A DNA stretch of 64,000 nt, from NCBI RefSeq assembly GCF_002113885.1, contig NW_018408485.1:242287-306286 (forward strand). The letters run 5' to 3'. A program made the position numbers and the translations under genes. The DNA is from Mizuhopecten yessoensis. Its lineage: Eukaryota. Below are positions 23,750-37,700 of the stretch, one piece after another. Under the pieces are notes generated by a model, which saw only the letters and a program-made list of their open reading frames with translations, was not told where the DNA came from and made no database searches. Every line of letters starts with the position of its first letter. The first letter of the stretch is position 1.

Positions 23750-26700
23750 AGAGAGAGTAATCACAATCGCCTTTCTCTTTCATATAGATTACACTCGAAA
23801 AAAATAATGAAATGAATTTTCATGTTGACTTCCACACGTACAAGACGGACTTTCTATAATGTTTACCCTAAACAGATCATATCTTAAAGAACTACAGGCA
23901 TGTCTTAATCTTGTATGGAAAATATTAAGTTTTTTGTTTCCGTATTCAATGTAGACTGGCAGCATGTTCAAATTGTTTCTATTAATTATGGATGACTTAA
24001 AACTATTAATTGTTGGTTTGTCACGCATAGTGTCACTCAAATCATTCCACAGTCGTATAGTTGATGGGATGAAGGATGATTTTGTTAACGACAGTCTGTA
24101 TAGAGGAGTGGTGTAGTTGTTTCTGTTTCTAAGTCTGTATTGTCTTTGTTCCCCTATTTGTATAGGAAGTAAGTCATTAAGGCACGATGGAGTTAGATTA
24201 TTGTGCATTTTGTAGAATAATATTAATTTCTTGCGTTCCCTTCTTATTGATAAAGGTTCTAAATTGGTTTCTAAATATAGTGTTTTTATTCTGGCAAATG
24301 ATGGTAAACCTGTTATGACCCTAGCTGCTTCCAACTGTACCTTTTCTAGATGGTGCATTTGCAAGTGAGCATCCATCCCAAACTTCACTGGCATACTCTA
24401 GTACAGGTAAAATATAAATACTTTATATAATTTCAAAAGAGTTTTTTCTGTTTAAAAGATATTTTAGTTTTCTTAGTACAGATGCTTTTTTCATGCAAGA
24501 ATTGTATATTTCATATATGTGTTTGGACCATTTTGCATCTGCACTAAAAGTAACTCCTAAATGTCTGTGTTTTTGTGTGAATGTCAATAGGGAGTTTCCA
24601 AATTGTAAGCTAATATCTGAAATATTTCTAGATTTTGTTATTAGCAGAACTTGTGTTTTTTTTGTGTCATCAGCGAATAGCCTAGATATACTAAGTGTAT
24701 TATCAGCAATATCATTGATATATATTAAAAACAACAAGGGGCCCAATACGCTACCTTGAGGGACACCAGCTCTTTAATTTCCTGTAGTAGAATAGTTCTT
24801 ATCAAGAAGTACTTTTTGTTGTCTATTTGTTATATAAATTGTTATCCATTCTAGTAATTTCCCCTTAATCCCATACGCTTTCAAGTGAATGGCAGATAGT
24901 ATGATATATTTCAATGAGTTGATGAACTGTGAAATGATTTGGCATAAAACCTGAATTGAAAGTGTAAAATAGTGAGTTATCTACAAAGTGGTTATGGACA
25001 TATTTAAAAACAACTCTCTCAAAAGTTTTACTGACACATGATAATAGCGATATTGGTCTATAGTTTGACACTAAATGTCGATCACCTTTTTTGAAAAATG
25101 GTAAAACAATAGCTTGTTTCCAGTATTCTGGAAAAATTGATATGCTCAATGACATGTTGAATAATAAAGTTAAAGGCCTGGCAATGGAAATGGCAGTATT
25201 TTTCAGTAGAGTATGACTTAATTTGTCATGCCCGGACGCTTTTCCTAGCTTGAGAGTTTTTAATATATCACTAACATTTTCATTTGTGAGGATAATTGAT
25301 TCCAGTACAGCACCGGTTCTGGATTCAAATATTGGTATATGTGTTTCAGTATCATCTATATCTAATATTGAACAAAAATATTTGTTAAGAATATCTGCTT
25401 TTTCATTATAATCAGCAGCAGTTTGTAGATAAGTAGTGTTTATCAATGGAGGAATAGTCTGTGATTGGCCAGAATGTTTAATTAAACGTCGCATGTGTCT
25501 CCAATATGACTTTGGATCGGTATTATTATAAGTGTCAATTATATCATTAACATGTTCATAGAATGTTTCCCTTGCATATTTTTTCATGTTATTAACTTCA
25601 TTTCGTTGACGTGTTAGTTCTGCTAATACATCAGGGTTTTTATACTTCTTAAATCTTTTATGAAATTTATCTCTAATTCTTATTTCCCTGCGTAATTCTG
25701 ATGACATCCATGGCTTGTCATTTGATCTTATAGTCACAAGTTTGGTTGGAATGCATGCTTTTGACATTGATAATAAAGTAGTTGTAAATTGTTCACATGC
25801 ATTATTAATCGTGGTAGAGTTATGAAATAAATTTTCCCAATCATAGTTATTAATTTTCAAATTAAGTTCATTATAGTTTGCATGTTTATAAAGCCATGTT
25901 TCTCGTTTAAATGATTTTGGGTTTGTATAAGAGCTTTCAATAACTACTACTGAACATGCATTATGATCACTTATACTTCTATCAACGTTTATTACAAAGG
26001 AATCAATACATTTAACATTCTCACCTTTAATGATAGGGTCGAGTAGTCTATTATAGTGGTTCCAAAACGTGTGGGTTCTGTTATGACATTTGTCAGGTCA
26101 TATTCCATCATAATCTGGTGCAATACATGCTGATCTGGTAGTAATATCATATCTACATTTATATCTCCTACTATTATCACATGCGGCGTAAATTTGAGTG
26201 CTTTCTCTATAGAATATTTTAAATTGTTCCAAAATGGACGGATAGCGCCTTCCGTTCTATATAATGTACATAAAAGTATTTTTCGTCCCGGTAAATCTAC
26301 CTGTATCCATATACTCTCAATATTTCTAATTCTAGATCTTCTCTACGATTACATTTTAAACAATCTGATGCATAAACTAAAATACCACCTCTATATGAAT
26401 TTCTGTCTTTTCTATAGGGTTTGGTATACAAATGTAACCAGATAGTGCTATATCAACAGTCGAAACTGTCATGTCTAGGTGAGATTCAGTTACAAATATA
26501 AGGGTAAATTTATTAGCAATATCTTCTACATACCCAATCTTATTCCTAAAACTTCGTGAATTTAAATGAAATATTGACAGTTCATTCTCATTTGGGCCTG
26601 GGTGTGTCTCTATATCCATAAATATAATGAGGAGTAAAATTAAGATAAGAGCGAAATTTATATTTTTGAATTGCGATTGGAGTAAAAATAGAAAGGGTAT

Positions 26701-26900
26701 TGCAAAGCATGCCTTACTGCTTGCTAACAGTAATTCCGTGAATAAGTTATATTCAACATTGATAAAAGTATTATTAAAGTTATAATGTACACGTATATTA
26801 TGCCTTTTGAGGGAACAACATCTGTATGCTTTAGTGTAGAAGATACCGATCATGACCCCATGGCAAACCGCCGATACATCCCCTGCTAGCCGTTGTCATA
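23750..26900 (-). mobile_element. Near full-length CR1/L2-group LINE ORF2 (2A-like leader, APE, RT, knuckle), frameshifted
   Basis: [83 protein letters not shown]. Confidence 0.92.
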
Positions 26901-27884
26901 CATGTAGTCTACCATAGGGTCCCCACCAGTATCCTCCATTGTAAAATAAGTACAGTATATAAAAGTTGGATTTGATAAAAAAAAAAAAGATAATTAAAAA
27001 TAATTAGGAACAAACTTAATTAGCGTTACCATCTCATTCAAATACATGTGGTAATCATAACATACAGAATTTGTCAATTTCGTGTACATCTCATGGTTTG
27101 AGAGTGAGGAAAGAGAATGCTCATATTTGCATGCATCGCATATCAATTATATTATACAGCTTTGTAATACTTTAAGTTGTTTATATAACTAAGTTACTAA
27201 ATAAATGAGGTTTCTTTCCTCTAGGACAAAAAGGATGGTTTGATACAGGTTGGATTGCTTCTCCTGATTTATATAGAGCTTCAATTATTAGCTCGGTGGT
27301 TTATTCCATATTATGTAAGGACAGGATGCAACAAAGCAATACCTCATGGTCATATTGTAAATTAAGTATTAGCATATAGACAAACTAATTCAACAAGGCA
27401 AATTATATAAATTCCTTGGCACAAGTACTTTGATTATTGTGCTACAAAAGGTAACAGAAGGATATCTTATTGTAGATGTTTTACACATCAAGGCAGTGAG
27501 ACTAATTGACTATTGATTAAGACATCATTAGCATTGTTCACTACAGTACATACGTTGCATGTTATAATTGGTCATTTATTTTTGTAAATCTTGTGTATCA
27601 TACTTTTATATTGAACACGTTCATTGAAATTTGAATAATACCTTTCTGTGTAGAAATAAAGAAAAGATTAATCAGGTGCAATCCATGGAAAACAAATTAT
27701 TAACCCCATATATTATGCATACGGTATATTAGGGAAAATTGGTGGGTTTTTTTTATGAATTGTTTTTTTTTTCATGAGATTAAACCTACATTAGTTGACA
27801 GTATGACATAAACTCTGTAAAGCTGTACACATATACATGCATTGTAATGTATTTACCCCTAGAGCTAGAATTGTTGAATGCTAG

Positions 27885-28063
27885 CTGTTAGCGCCGAAAT
27901 GGCAGCTCCGGCTGTATGCTCCTCAGGGAGTTGAGAAATGTATTGGCTGGTTGTAAAGGCCCTATAACCACGGATAAGAATTTGTGAACCGCTTTGAGCC
28001 GACGTACGAACTAGATTGTGATAAAGCGGTATATAAGAACCTCCCATTATTATTATTATTATT
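27885..28063 (+). mobile_element. 5'-truncated SINE (Deu/Nin-like core, LINE-derived tail, (ATT)n)
   Basis: ggctgtatgctcctcagggagttgag...aaagcggtatataag..(att)n; second copy at 40499-40635. Confidence 0.7.
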
Positions 28064-30501
28064 ACAAGGCTTGTAGTGGAAATCTTTTACACTTAAGTTT
28101 AAAAAGTACATAATGGTCATTTTGGTTTTTTGCACTTAAGTGCAAAAGTTTTTGCACTTAAGTAGATTATGTATTTTATCCTAAAACGGCCGCCCATACC
28201 TCTGGACTGGTTTTTAAGTAAGTTGTTTTAGTGCCAAATTTTGTACAGCATGATTATTTAGCCTCTTTATCTTAATCCTTCCAGCGTAGGTATCTTGTGA
28301 TAAAATTTGGTGATTGCCTTTACACTGTTACAATGTTTTACCATTTATATATATATATATGTACCTGTATACATGTATGTTTGTCGAAATACAAGCTCCC
28401 GAGAGCTTATTTTAACTATGACATACATTCAACGTAAAATAATGATTCTTGTTTCTTGTATTTTGATGTAACATGCCACTATGCTTTTATCCGATAGTTT
28501 TAAGATAAAAAAATACACACACAAGCTTTTAATCACGAACTTTTCCTCGAATGCGCCTATGTATAATCTTCGGCACGATGAAGGACACAAGTTAAGGTAT
28601 ACTGTTCAGTGGCGGATCCAGTTTTTTTTGGCCTTCAGGAACCCCACCCCCCTGATAATTTTCTTTAAAAATCATGTATTTTCACCATTTTCCTCAATTT
28701 TCCCCTTATATAATATAAACAATATTAATACATTGTAAATATTATTTCTTGAATGTTTGCGAAGCAGACGACGTTTGCTCATAATCTGGAAACTAGAACA
28801 TTTTTTCCAAAAAAATGTGTTTTAACATTTGAAAGAAAAAAGTTTGGAGGGGAAAAAATAAAGTTTCTTTTATGAAAGTGATACAGGAAAGAAATATAGT
28901 AAATAATTGACAGTGAATTTATCAAAAACATCATCCTTAGAGAGTATGTTCTGGGCACGATCGTTTAGAAGCTTTGCAATACTTTAACTCTTTCAAACGC
29001 GCATCAGCTCGAGATTAGGTCCTGTTTACAAAATGGCGACTGGAAGTAGCAAGGCGGATTAAATTGGAATTTAAATTGCGTATATTTCGGCAAGTAAACA
29101 TTGTTCACAAAGCCCATGTGGTCTGTTCATCTAATTTAGTCAAGATGTACTCAGAACAGTCGTTGTTTAGTCGCTAGGGTCATTCACAAAATAATTAGTA
29201 TTATTATATAAACTTATTGTAATTATTGTAATTACAAAAGTTTAGGACATTGTTCGGATACCGGCTCAGTTTTGTTTTAATATTTGTTCGATAAAATTAA
29301 AAAAAAAAAGTCGCAATGAAAAGGGTATTTAAAAAAAATGGACTGCGTAACGAGTCACGCTTAAAGTTTATTAATATTCCACTTTTTAAGCATTTTTTAT
29401 CGATTTTCAATTGATTTGTTATCAAAAGAGCAAATGATTAACTCTAGAAACAAACTGATGAAAGTCATTGTAAATGTATCAATGAAAAGTATGCTAGGTA
29501 TGAATGATAAACAAGTAAACAAGTTGTTCTGTAAAATCAACTTTGACATCTATAAACAGGAGATGCTTTCATAGTGTTAGTAAACCTTAGGCTACTAGAA
29601 ATACTGTCAAGTCAAAATTCAATCCCTGGCTGTATACCATTTTTACAGTTTTTGTACAGTTACAATTAATGGTGGTTAAAGAATATCTTTGTACATGTAT
29701 CAGTTTCAAGTATAGTAGCATTAATATCATCACTCCATTGTGAACGACCATTGAGATATACATATTGTATACACTTCCCAATACTCAACATGCTGAAATA
29801 AAAGTATACCTCAGGAACTTGTACAGTGTTCAATTGTAAACCTAAACGTAGAAAATATACTATGAAGTTTTAACATAAGTATCAATCATCTTAAATGTAC
29901 ACTATGTATGCATATAAATATATATATTTATATCGTCCATTGAATATTATCGACTGCATAAAACATCGAACTGTTTTTTTTCAATTCCCACAAAAATACA
30001 TCTCTTCCGGTTAAGTCTTATATCAGTTTAGATAACCCGTAAAGACGTGATCATAACGTACGTCTATAAAATGAACTGGACAAAGAAGAAAGGAGGGCTG
30101 GATCTTTTTGCCGTCTAACATAGCTGTTGAAGCGACTTTAATTAAATACTTGACACATAAACTGTCGAATGCAGTACTTTGTTTCCCGCGCTGGCTTATG
30201 ATTTGATATTCTGCTGATGTAAATTGGTGAGTAGCTGGAGAAACTATAAAACATGTTACCTTACTGAAACGTTTTCAGATTTCAGAACATTTAATTTACG
30301 TTCACAATGAAAATTCGGATGAATGCTGCTGCTTATTTTTAAGTATTTGTTTTACCGATTTAAAGATAGAAATTACCGAGTAATTATTGGCATTTTTAGG
30401 CCATGGCTCATTTGTGGAAATCTTAGATTTTATGTTGTCACTTAATTTTATTTCCTTCCTTCCAAATACATATAATAATAAGGATAATATACAGCATGTG
30501 A

Positions 30502-30911
30502 TATAGCGCCCCACCTAGCTAACATAATCCACTCTAAAATGCTTTATAATACATAGATATACAATTATACATTTATCAATACAATCATTGAGGAATTCGT
30601 AGAAGCTGTCTTATCAGACGCTTACTACAAAATGTACTAGTCTTATGCCACCTGGCTAATATCTCATTATGTGTGTATATCTGCGTGTGTGCTGGAGATG
30701 TACTGTGTTCTGTTTGTAGTGGGACCGTGCTTCCAGGGACATCATTTATAGTGTCACCTCACTTGAATGCTACAGCACAGATACCGCAACATCAATCCCA
30801 GACCAATTTATACTCCACCTAAGTTGTTGGAGTTGTGTGGGCAAGAGAAAAAAAATCGAACCTGGCCGCCTGCGTGGAAGGCCGGAGGTTTACCACTCGA
30901 CCAATCCGCCC
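30502..30911 (-). mobile_element. tRNA-derived SINE
   Basis: Minus-strand head GGGCGGATTGGTCGAGTGGTAAA...GGTTCGATT (A/B boxes). The body matches a second copy at 56150-56439. Confidence 0.75.
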
Positions 30912-31449
30912 ATAATCCATTTGAATGTGAATAGTTATGAGTTAACTTAAATATCGCATGTTTCATGTCATATTGCTACCATTATTATTAAACCGCATAA
31001 TTATGATCAATTCGCCTGATTCATTATGTGTTGGTATATGTAAACGATATCAAGATCAATTGTGTTTTTTCCGTTTTATTTTGGAACATTTTTCTCGTAT
31101 GAAGTTAAAGACGACAAAAACAGGTCGGCGCTAGAGCACGATGTAACCCTGCACAGTCTGACTTGTTGACTTCCTTTTAACATCTTTATCCTTTGACTTC
31201 CTTTTACAACTTTATAGGATAAAATCCATCAACTGCAAAGAAGTTTCAATACGAATTGTGTGTTAATACTTGAAACCAAGATAACAAACTTTTTTCAATT
31301 ACTTGAGACAATCCTGAATGACACAAAATAAAAAATTATACTTATTACATAAGACACAACTAACTTAGTAACATCTTTTGAAGTAATCATTGTACTTAGC
31401 ATATGCATCACAAACTATCGATAATTATTATTATGATTATCTAGAAAGG

Positions 31450-31990
31450 ACGCATGAGTTGAACCTCAATGCTCATATATCAGTAACAATTTGTCATGCA
31501 TATGTGTTACTGCTGCTGCAAAGGTTCGTGTACATATACAGTGGACTGGTGTGATCTTCAGGTCGTCTTGTTAATCTGACAGTTTGTTTGTTTCTTAACT
31601 GTGGGGCATCAATAGTGTGGTACAGCAAACTGTTTCCATGACTCTAAAACTGAAGAGCTGATCACTGCTCTCCAATCGACAACATTGTATTGAGGCATTG
31701 TTCTACTGATGTATCCATCTTGAACAGGATTCTGGTCATTATTCCGTCATACATGATGCTCAGGATTTTAAAGACGTGAAAAATATCTCGTCTTACCGGA
31801 GATATTGCTTAGTAAATCACATCAGTTCTCTATTTTTACAAAGCTATTCAGCACTCATTTCGTTTCAGACTTTGCAATGGTACTAGTTTAACTGACGGGC
31901 CTGTAATTTCCCAGTTCACATTGAATCCCTATTGGAAGATCGCAGTCACATTTCCTTCATGCGATGCTTGAGGTAAATATGACGGGGTCC
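31450..31990 (-). mobile_element. Highly degraded CR1-like RT remnant
   Basis: Minus strand EGNVTAIFQ*G../LGNYRPVS*TSTIAK; extent uncertain. Confidence 0.5.
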
Positions 31991-32196
31991 TTTGGATAGT
32001 GATTTTGTTCAATATTGCAGAGAGCGGTACGCTTGTATTTTCATTTAGACAATTCGGTGTTTTAAAATGCGTTTCATATTGTCATTGTAATATGCATATA
32101 ATTTGTTAAATTCTTGTTAGATTAGCAGCGGATATTCTGTGCAGCTTTAAACAGATGTCTATCATCTAAAATTGTTTTGGTTTATTGTTATTGAAG

Positions 32197-32340
32197 GGTT
32201 AAAAGCATATACGGTTGTACGTGCGTGTTGTTGACGCTTCTGTGATGAGACACGTGCGTGTTTTTGACGCTTCTGTGATGAGATACGTGCGTGTTTTTGA
32301 CGCTTCTGTGATGAGACATGTGCGTGCAGGAAATACATAT
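32197..32340 (+). pseudogene. Relic last exon of the GMC paralogue with internal 33-bp triplication
   Basis: ttgaag|g VKSIYG / [40 protein letters not shown], homologous to 13425-13500; frameshifted and 3'-truncated. Confidence 0.85.
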
Positions 32341-34215
32341 CATCTAGATAGGGGTAAAATGTCGATATGTTACATATGTAACCAAATATCAATGTATATG
32401 AACATAACTTACAAAATATGACAATCAGTTACCCCTTTGTTACAGTTAATAAGAGAGAATGAGGAAATGTGAATAGAGTTTTTTATAATATCATCCTATA
32501 ATACATTCCAAGTGATATTTAAGAAATTCTGTCCCACTTCAGGCGAAAAAACTAGAGCGTTTCACTGTATCAATGTGAAGTAAACGGACTGATGCCATAT
32601 ACGGGTTAGGATAGATTGCAACCGTATTATTGAGGTACGAATTCGTCGGTTTACCTTTGTTTTTAAGACTGACACATTCATGTTTTGTTTTCACCAAGAG
32701 TTACTTCCCTTTATTTGTAAAGTATTGTTCATTTAGGGTTAAAAAAAAAATCTGTTCCTGTAAAAACAATGTTAGCGTTTCAGAAAGAATTTGTATATAT
32801 GCGAGTCTGCACTCCTTAAACAGAACGACATGGAATCACATTATTTTGATTGAGTTACATATATTGGAAATATTCGAAGTACTTCAAGTACAACAGGCGA
32901 TTGATTTGCCCAAATAAACACATGTATTGACATTCAAATGTTAAGAGATATACTCTAGAGGATACTTAAACTTTTTTTTTTATTCCCACTTTATAATCAG
33001 TTTTATAACATCAGTAATATAAACCTCAGAGTAAGTGCTGAAATGTACAAAGCCGGGTACCACTGAAGGGTAAGAGCTTCTTTAAAAATGAGGCAATGTA
33101 TTGATGGAGCAGATGTCCTCCAATTCACAGACGTTTAAAAGGTATTGATGGTATCGCTGTATCAGACATATTTATGTCACTAATATTGTCCATCTATCAG
33201 GAGCATTAGGAGATTCTAATGGATATGCCATGAACGGACAATAGTCGACACAAACATATAGTACTTGGTAAAGAGGTTGTTCTTCCGATAGCGTAGATTC
33301 AGACATTACCGATAGAGCATACGTATGTTCAATGGTCCAATATAAATATATAGTAGTCTATAACCATTAGAATCATACATAAGGAAAGATAAGAAATCCT
33401 GCACAGGTAAATAGACAAGTCAGTAAAAATATGTTACACGTGTAATATTTGGTATATCAATATTGACACAGGTATTGAATAATGTTTCGTACGGCACTGT
33501 GATCACATGCATAATTGTAAATAGCCGATACAAATACAACGCGTCGTTCAAGCTCACCTTTACCGTCACATCACTACATACATTTCATTGTGTTGGAACT
33601 TTAAAACGAATTGCCCTTGTCCTTTTCACATTCCTTTATCCGTAATAGAAGCCATATACTTCAAATGAATGCTCACTTCATATCGATTTCAAAAGACCGG
33701 TTAAATAACGTAGAAGGCACACTTGAATTGAAAGCGATGAAAGGAACTGAATGTATATAAAAGATCGCCGTGACTGTTCAGAACCGGACGAACAGTCTAT
33801 GGAAATAATGTTTACTTTGTGTATTATGCACGGTCTATTAAAAGCAACGCTAGCCATGGGGACCTGTGTTTACTGGGTAAAGTAGTTCAGAGATTTAATT
33901 ATAAGAAGGCACTTTTTGTAGCGGCGAAGTGAACAACGTAGGAAACATTTGTATGTGTAATACTGAAATGTACTGTTATATCAGGCTGTCGGGGAGAGAA
34001 ACAACTATGTCCAGGTATGTCATATATGTATATATCGTCCAAATTATAGCATGTATCAAACTATCATCTAAAACATCACTGACGTTACCTACAATTTTTT
34101 ACTATAATTCGTTATTTTCCCACATAATCCCTATATAATTATCAAGATTAATGATTTTCAGTACTTCTTTGAAAACACTTAGTACACCTGTTGAAAAGCC
34201 TATTCTGGTGATTTT

Positions 34216-34403
34216 ATATTATAACCAACTTTCATAACATGGGAACTGTCATGAATTTGATTTATAATATAACCAACTTTCATAACATGGGAACTGTCAT
34301 GTATTTGAATTATATTATAACCAACTTTCATAACATGGGAACTGTCATGTATTTGAATTATATTATAACCAACTTTCATAACATGGGAACTGTCATGTAT
34401 TTG
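34216..34403. repeat. 48-bp minisatellite, ~4 copies
   Basis: tataaccaactttcataacatgggaactgtcatg occurs four times. Confidence 0.9.
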
Positions 34404-34567
34404 TACATTGAAAAGAATATTAAAGTATCACTACAGCTCATGAAAAGATTGTATAACTTCTTTTTGACATGCAGTAAATACACATATTTTGACGTATTCA
34501 TTGATCATGACCAGACAAAATATTTCATCCCAGGACGTATTATCTTCCTCATTAAGTGTGGTCTGTC

Positions 34568-34771
34568 ATGGGGAATGAAACATCTAGCAAATCACAGAAT
34601 GCAGCTGCAGAGCCGAAGAAAACGACGGCAGAAGATGAGACGAAGACGCCGACAGGAAGGGGGAGAAAAACAATACCTCAGAACGATGGGGACGATAAAG
34701 GAGAGGTCAGGAGTAATAGTAGACCAGGGAATGTTCCCAAACCACTGACAGCACTTTCTAATAGAAGTGAG
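34568..34771 (+). CDS. Hillarin/KY-like coding exon 1
   Basis: MGNETSSKSQ...LSNRSE; upstream acceptor cccag| at 34533; donor gag|gtaggc. Confidence 0.7.
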
Positions 34772-37700
34772 GTAGGCACAGAACATGACAGTCATGCTCG
34801 CTCAACCGGATCGTTTTTCAAATGTATTGAATTACGTTGTTTGTAAATGACGCCTTGGCTCGAAAGCTTCATGTCGATGTATGCTAATTAACACAAGTGT
34901 AAATTGTACATGGCTTTCATATATTTTTCAGTACGCATTCATATTTACGATAATGGTTTTAAGCTTACATTTACCAATGTTCACGTGTAATCGATGTAAA
35001 TCACCAAATATTCCACCTGTGAGTATGGTAATGGAAACATGTCGTATTTAAAAAAACAAATACGCAATACGGTATATATGAGTAGTTAAATAGTGACGAC
35101 GGTGAAAGGCATATCTGTAAGAAGTTCGTTAAATATGCTACTCTACCAAATACTGTCTTCATAACTTCTATGCTTGTTTGTAGGAGGAATATGTTCGTTA
35201 CCACGGAAACACTCCAATGGGACGGCTACAACGTAGTGACCTTTATCCATTTTTTAAGTACCAATATAGACCTCGTAGGGGCAGGGACTATCGGTTTAGT
35301 GTGAAAACTGCGTCTACAGGTTCGGATGTAGATGTCTCACCCAACCATATCCCTGCTGACCCCCCAGTAGGAGAAGTGGATGAGTCGGAGCTGGATGATA
35401 CCAAGCTGACAGAGGCCGATATTTACGACCGAGCAAGGAGCGTACGTATACGTCAAGATATCTGACTTCTTAAAAAGAGGTATAGTTATTTCAAATTTAG
35501 GGTAGCCATATGATTCAAATATTGTGTTGACAAGTTTACTTATTTAGTGAGAAAGAAAAAAATCTTCAAAGGGCCTGTTTCCAGTAATGTTAATTCTCCA
35601 TAGGAGCCTGCCCCCGTATAATTTCTTATCTAGCTCAACTACTGTTTTTTTCTTTTCCGAAGAATAATTTTACACCTTTCCGACACCCAGATTTCATAAT
35701 TTCAGTGAAAATGTATTTTTATAAAGTTGTCAATTTCAGCATCAAAGACATAAGTTCGTAAATAAAAGAAGGTTATCTCGAAATTGTAATTCGCAACATA
35801 GTATAAATTTCTTTTGATAAATATTTCCAAAACATCGTGTTTATTCATAAAACANNNNNNNNNNNTTTTTTGTCACAATCATGCCATGAATGTATTCTTT
35901 ACGGTGACCATCATTTGATTAGATTTTCATTAATATTTTACATAACATGCACATTTTATCAACACTTAGACAGCTTCTGAAAGGTACAACTTTGAGGAGC
36001 CATAAAAAACAAACCAAGTGACCTAAATCTTTAAACTTTATAGATTTGTGACCACAACGGCATGGGCAATGTACCACCAACAGGAAATTTGAATCAGAGA
36101 AGGGGCCGTTTTGGAAACCGGCCCTTTGAATAATCTAGAAAAATAAACAGGCGATTCGAAAAGCAAGTTATTTCAACATATAAATATAGTTTGGTGAACC
36201 TTGACTGAGTTAATACGCGTGCTCTTTTATCTGCTGTTTGACATATTCTTCTTATAGCGATCAAATTTGTTCGTTATGTTGGCCATAGTGTCATTGAAAG
36301 AGGAATGATTAGTCTTAATTCAATTTTGCATTAAATATTGTCGTTACTGCATATTACATATCTATTGTACAGCGAGCTTGAATATGCTGTACTTTGGTAT
36401 TGGACCATTTAAATACTTTACTCACTGAATACATCATTCAATAATTAACCCTATTCATTGCCACGATTAAATGAACAATAACATTGTTATCATGGTAGAC
36501 AGGAATATTATGTCTATAAAATTACATTTCTTAACTAATGTTACCATACACTGTGAGCTTGATAGTCAAGTTCATTCATTTATAGATAACGCGGTTGTTT
36601 CCACTTCATTAGTCAATCCAAACGTTGATATTTATGATAAATGAAAGTTTTTTTTATAACAAACAAACAATAGACGTTTTAAAGTTGCAACGTTTCACGA
36701 TTGTATTGTCCCTTTGTCGGAAGCTTGACAAAGGGACAAATCAGTTTTGAAATCTTGCGACACCTTTTATGCGTTCATTGTTCGTCTAAATGTATAAAGT
36801 AAAATTTTCAAACGGGACAAGTTTGCCTTAATTCATAATAATATCTATTTTGTTTTAAGGCACCTGCAACTTTGAATGACAGCTACAAACACCTAACCGA
36901 CTACTTATTCAAAGGTATCGAGTTTATGAACCAACCTGATTTGTTAAAAACACGTGTGATCATGATATGGTTGAGTAGACAAGATTTGACGTCACCCTTG
37001 TCTGGCCCTGCTGATTATGAAACCCCCGAAAAGGGCATCGTACGGTTAAGCAACAACACACAGTTTGAATACTCGCACTTTCTGTCGATTCTGTATGAAA
37101 AGGCTGGCATTAAGTCAGTGGAAATATCGGGCGTATTCAAACCGATAAGTTACGAACCAGACAATGGCAAAGATCTCCCTGAAACCTCATGGATCGCTGT
37201 CTATCTTGATGGTAGATGGCAATTGATAATGCCGTATTTTGTATGTACCAGACGGAAACATACGTGGCTTTCATCGGAACCAACAAATAAAGAAACTATG
37301 AAGGACGATGGAGAGGGACCTGTTTTCAACTACTTTTACTTTTTGATGAATCCAAAGCAAAGCATCAACTGGTTTTATCCGAACGAACCAAAATGGCAAC
37401 TGTTAAAGCGGGCATTACAAAAAGAAGAATACTTGGATCTTCCTCTCTTCAAGTCAGAATTCTTTGAACTAGGCTTAACACTTGTTTCCAAAAATTCGTA
37501 CAATTTGCATTCAGAAGAAGGTAGGGTAATGATAGACATTTTGTCGCAGGAGGATCTTGCCGATGAGATCTATCTTTGGTATGATATAGCACTAGTTACC
37601 TGTACTGGGAAACACAATGTAGACACTCAGAAGATGATAATCCACGACAACCTCCAAAGGCTTGTGGCAATGGTCAAACACAAGGAGAAATGGATGTTCC

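Noticed and set aside
28607-28660. hAT-like MITE starting CAGTGGCGGATCCAG
   Set aside because: No matching opposite terminus was found.
30840-30911. tRNA gene
   Set aside because: It has A/B boxes but no complete cloverleaf, and it continues into a SINE body present twice in the window. The same applies to 9660-9737.
34239-34748. 169-aa ORF
   Set aside because: It begins in a 48-bp minisatellite and overlaps the real exon in another frame.
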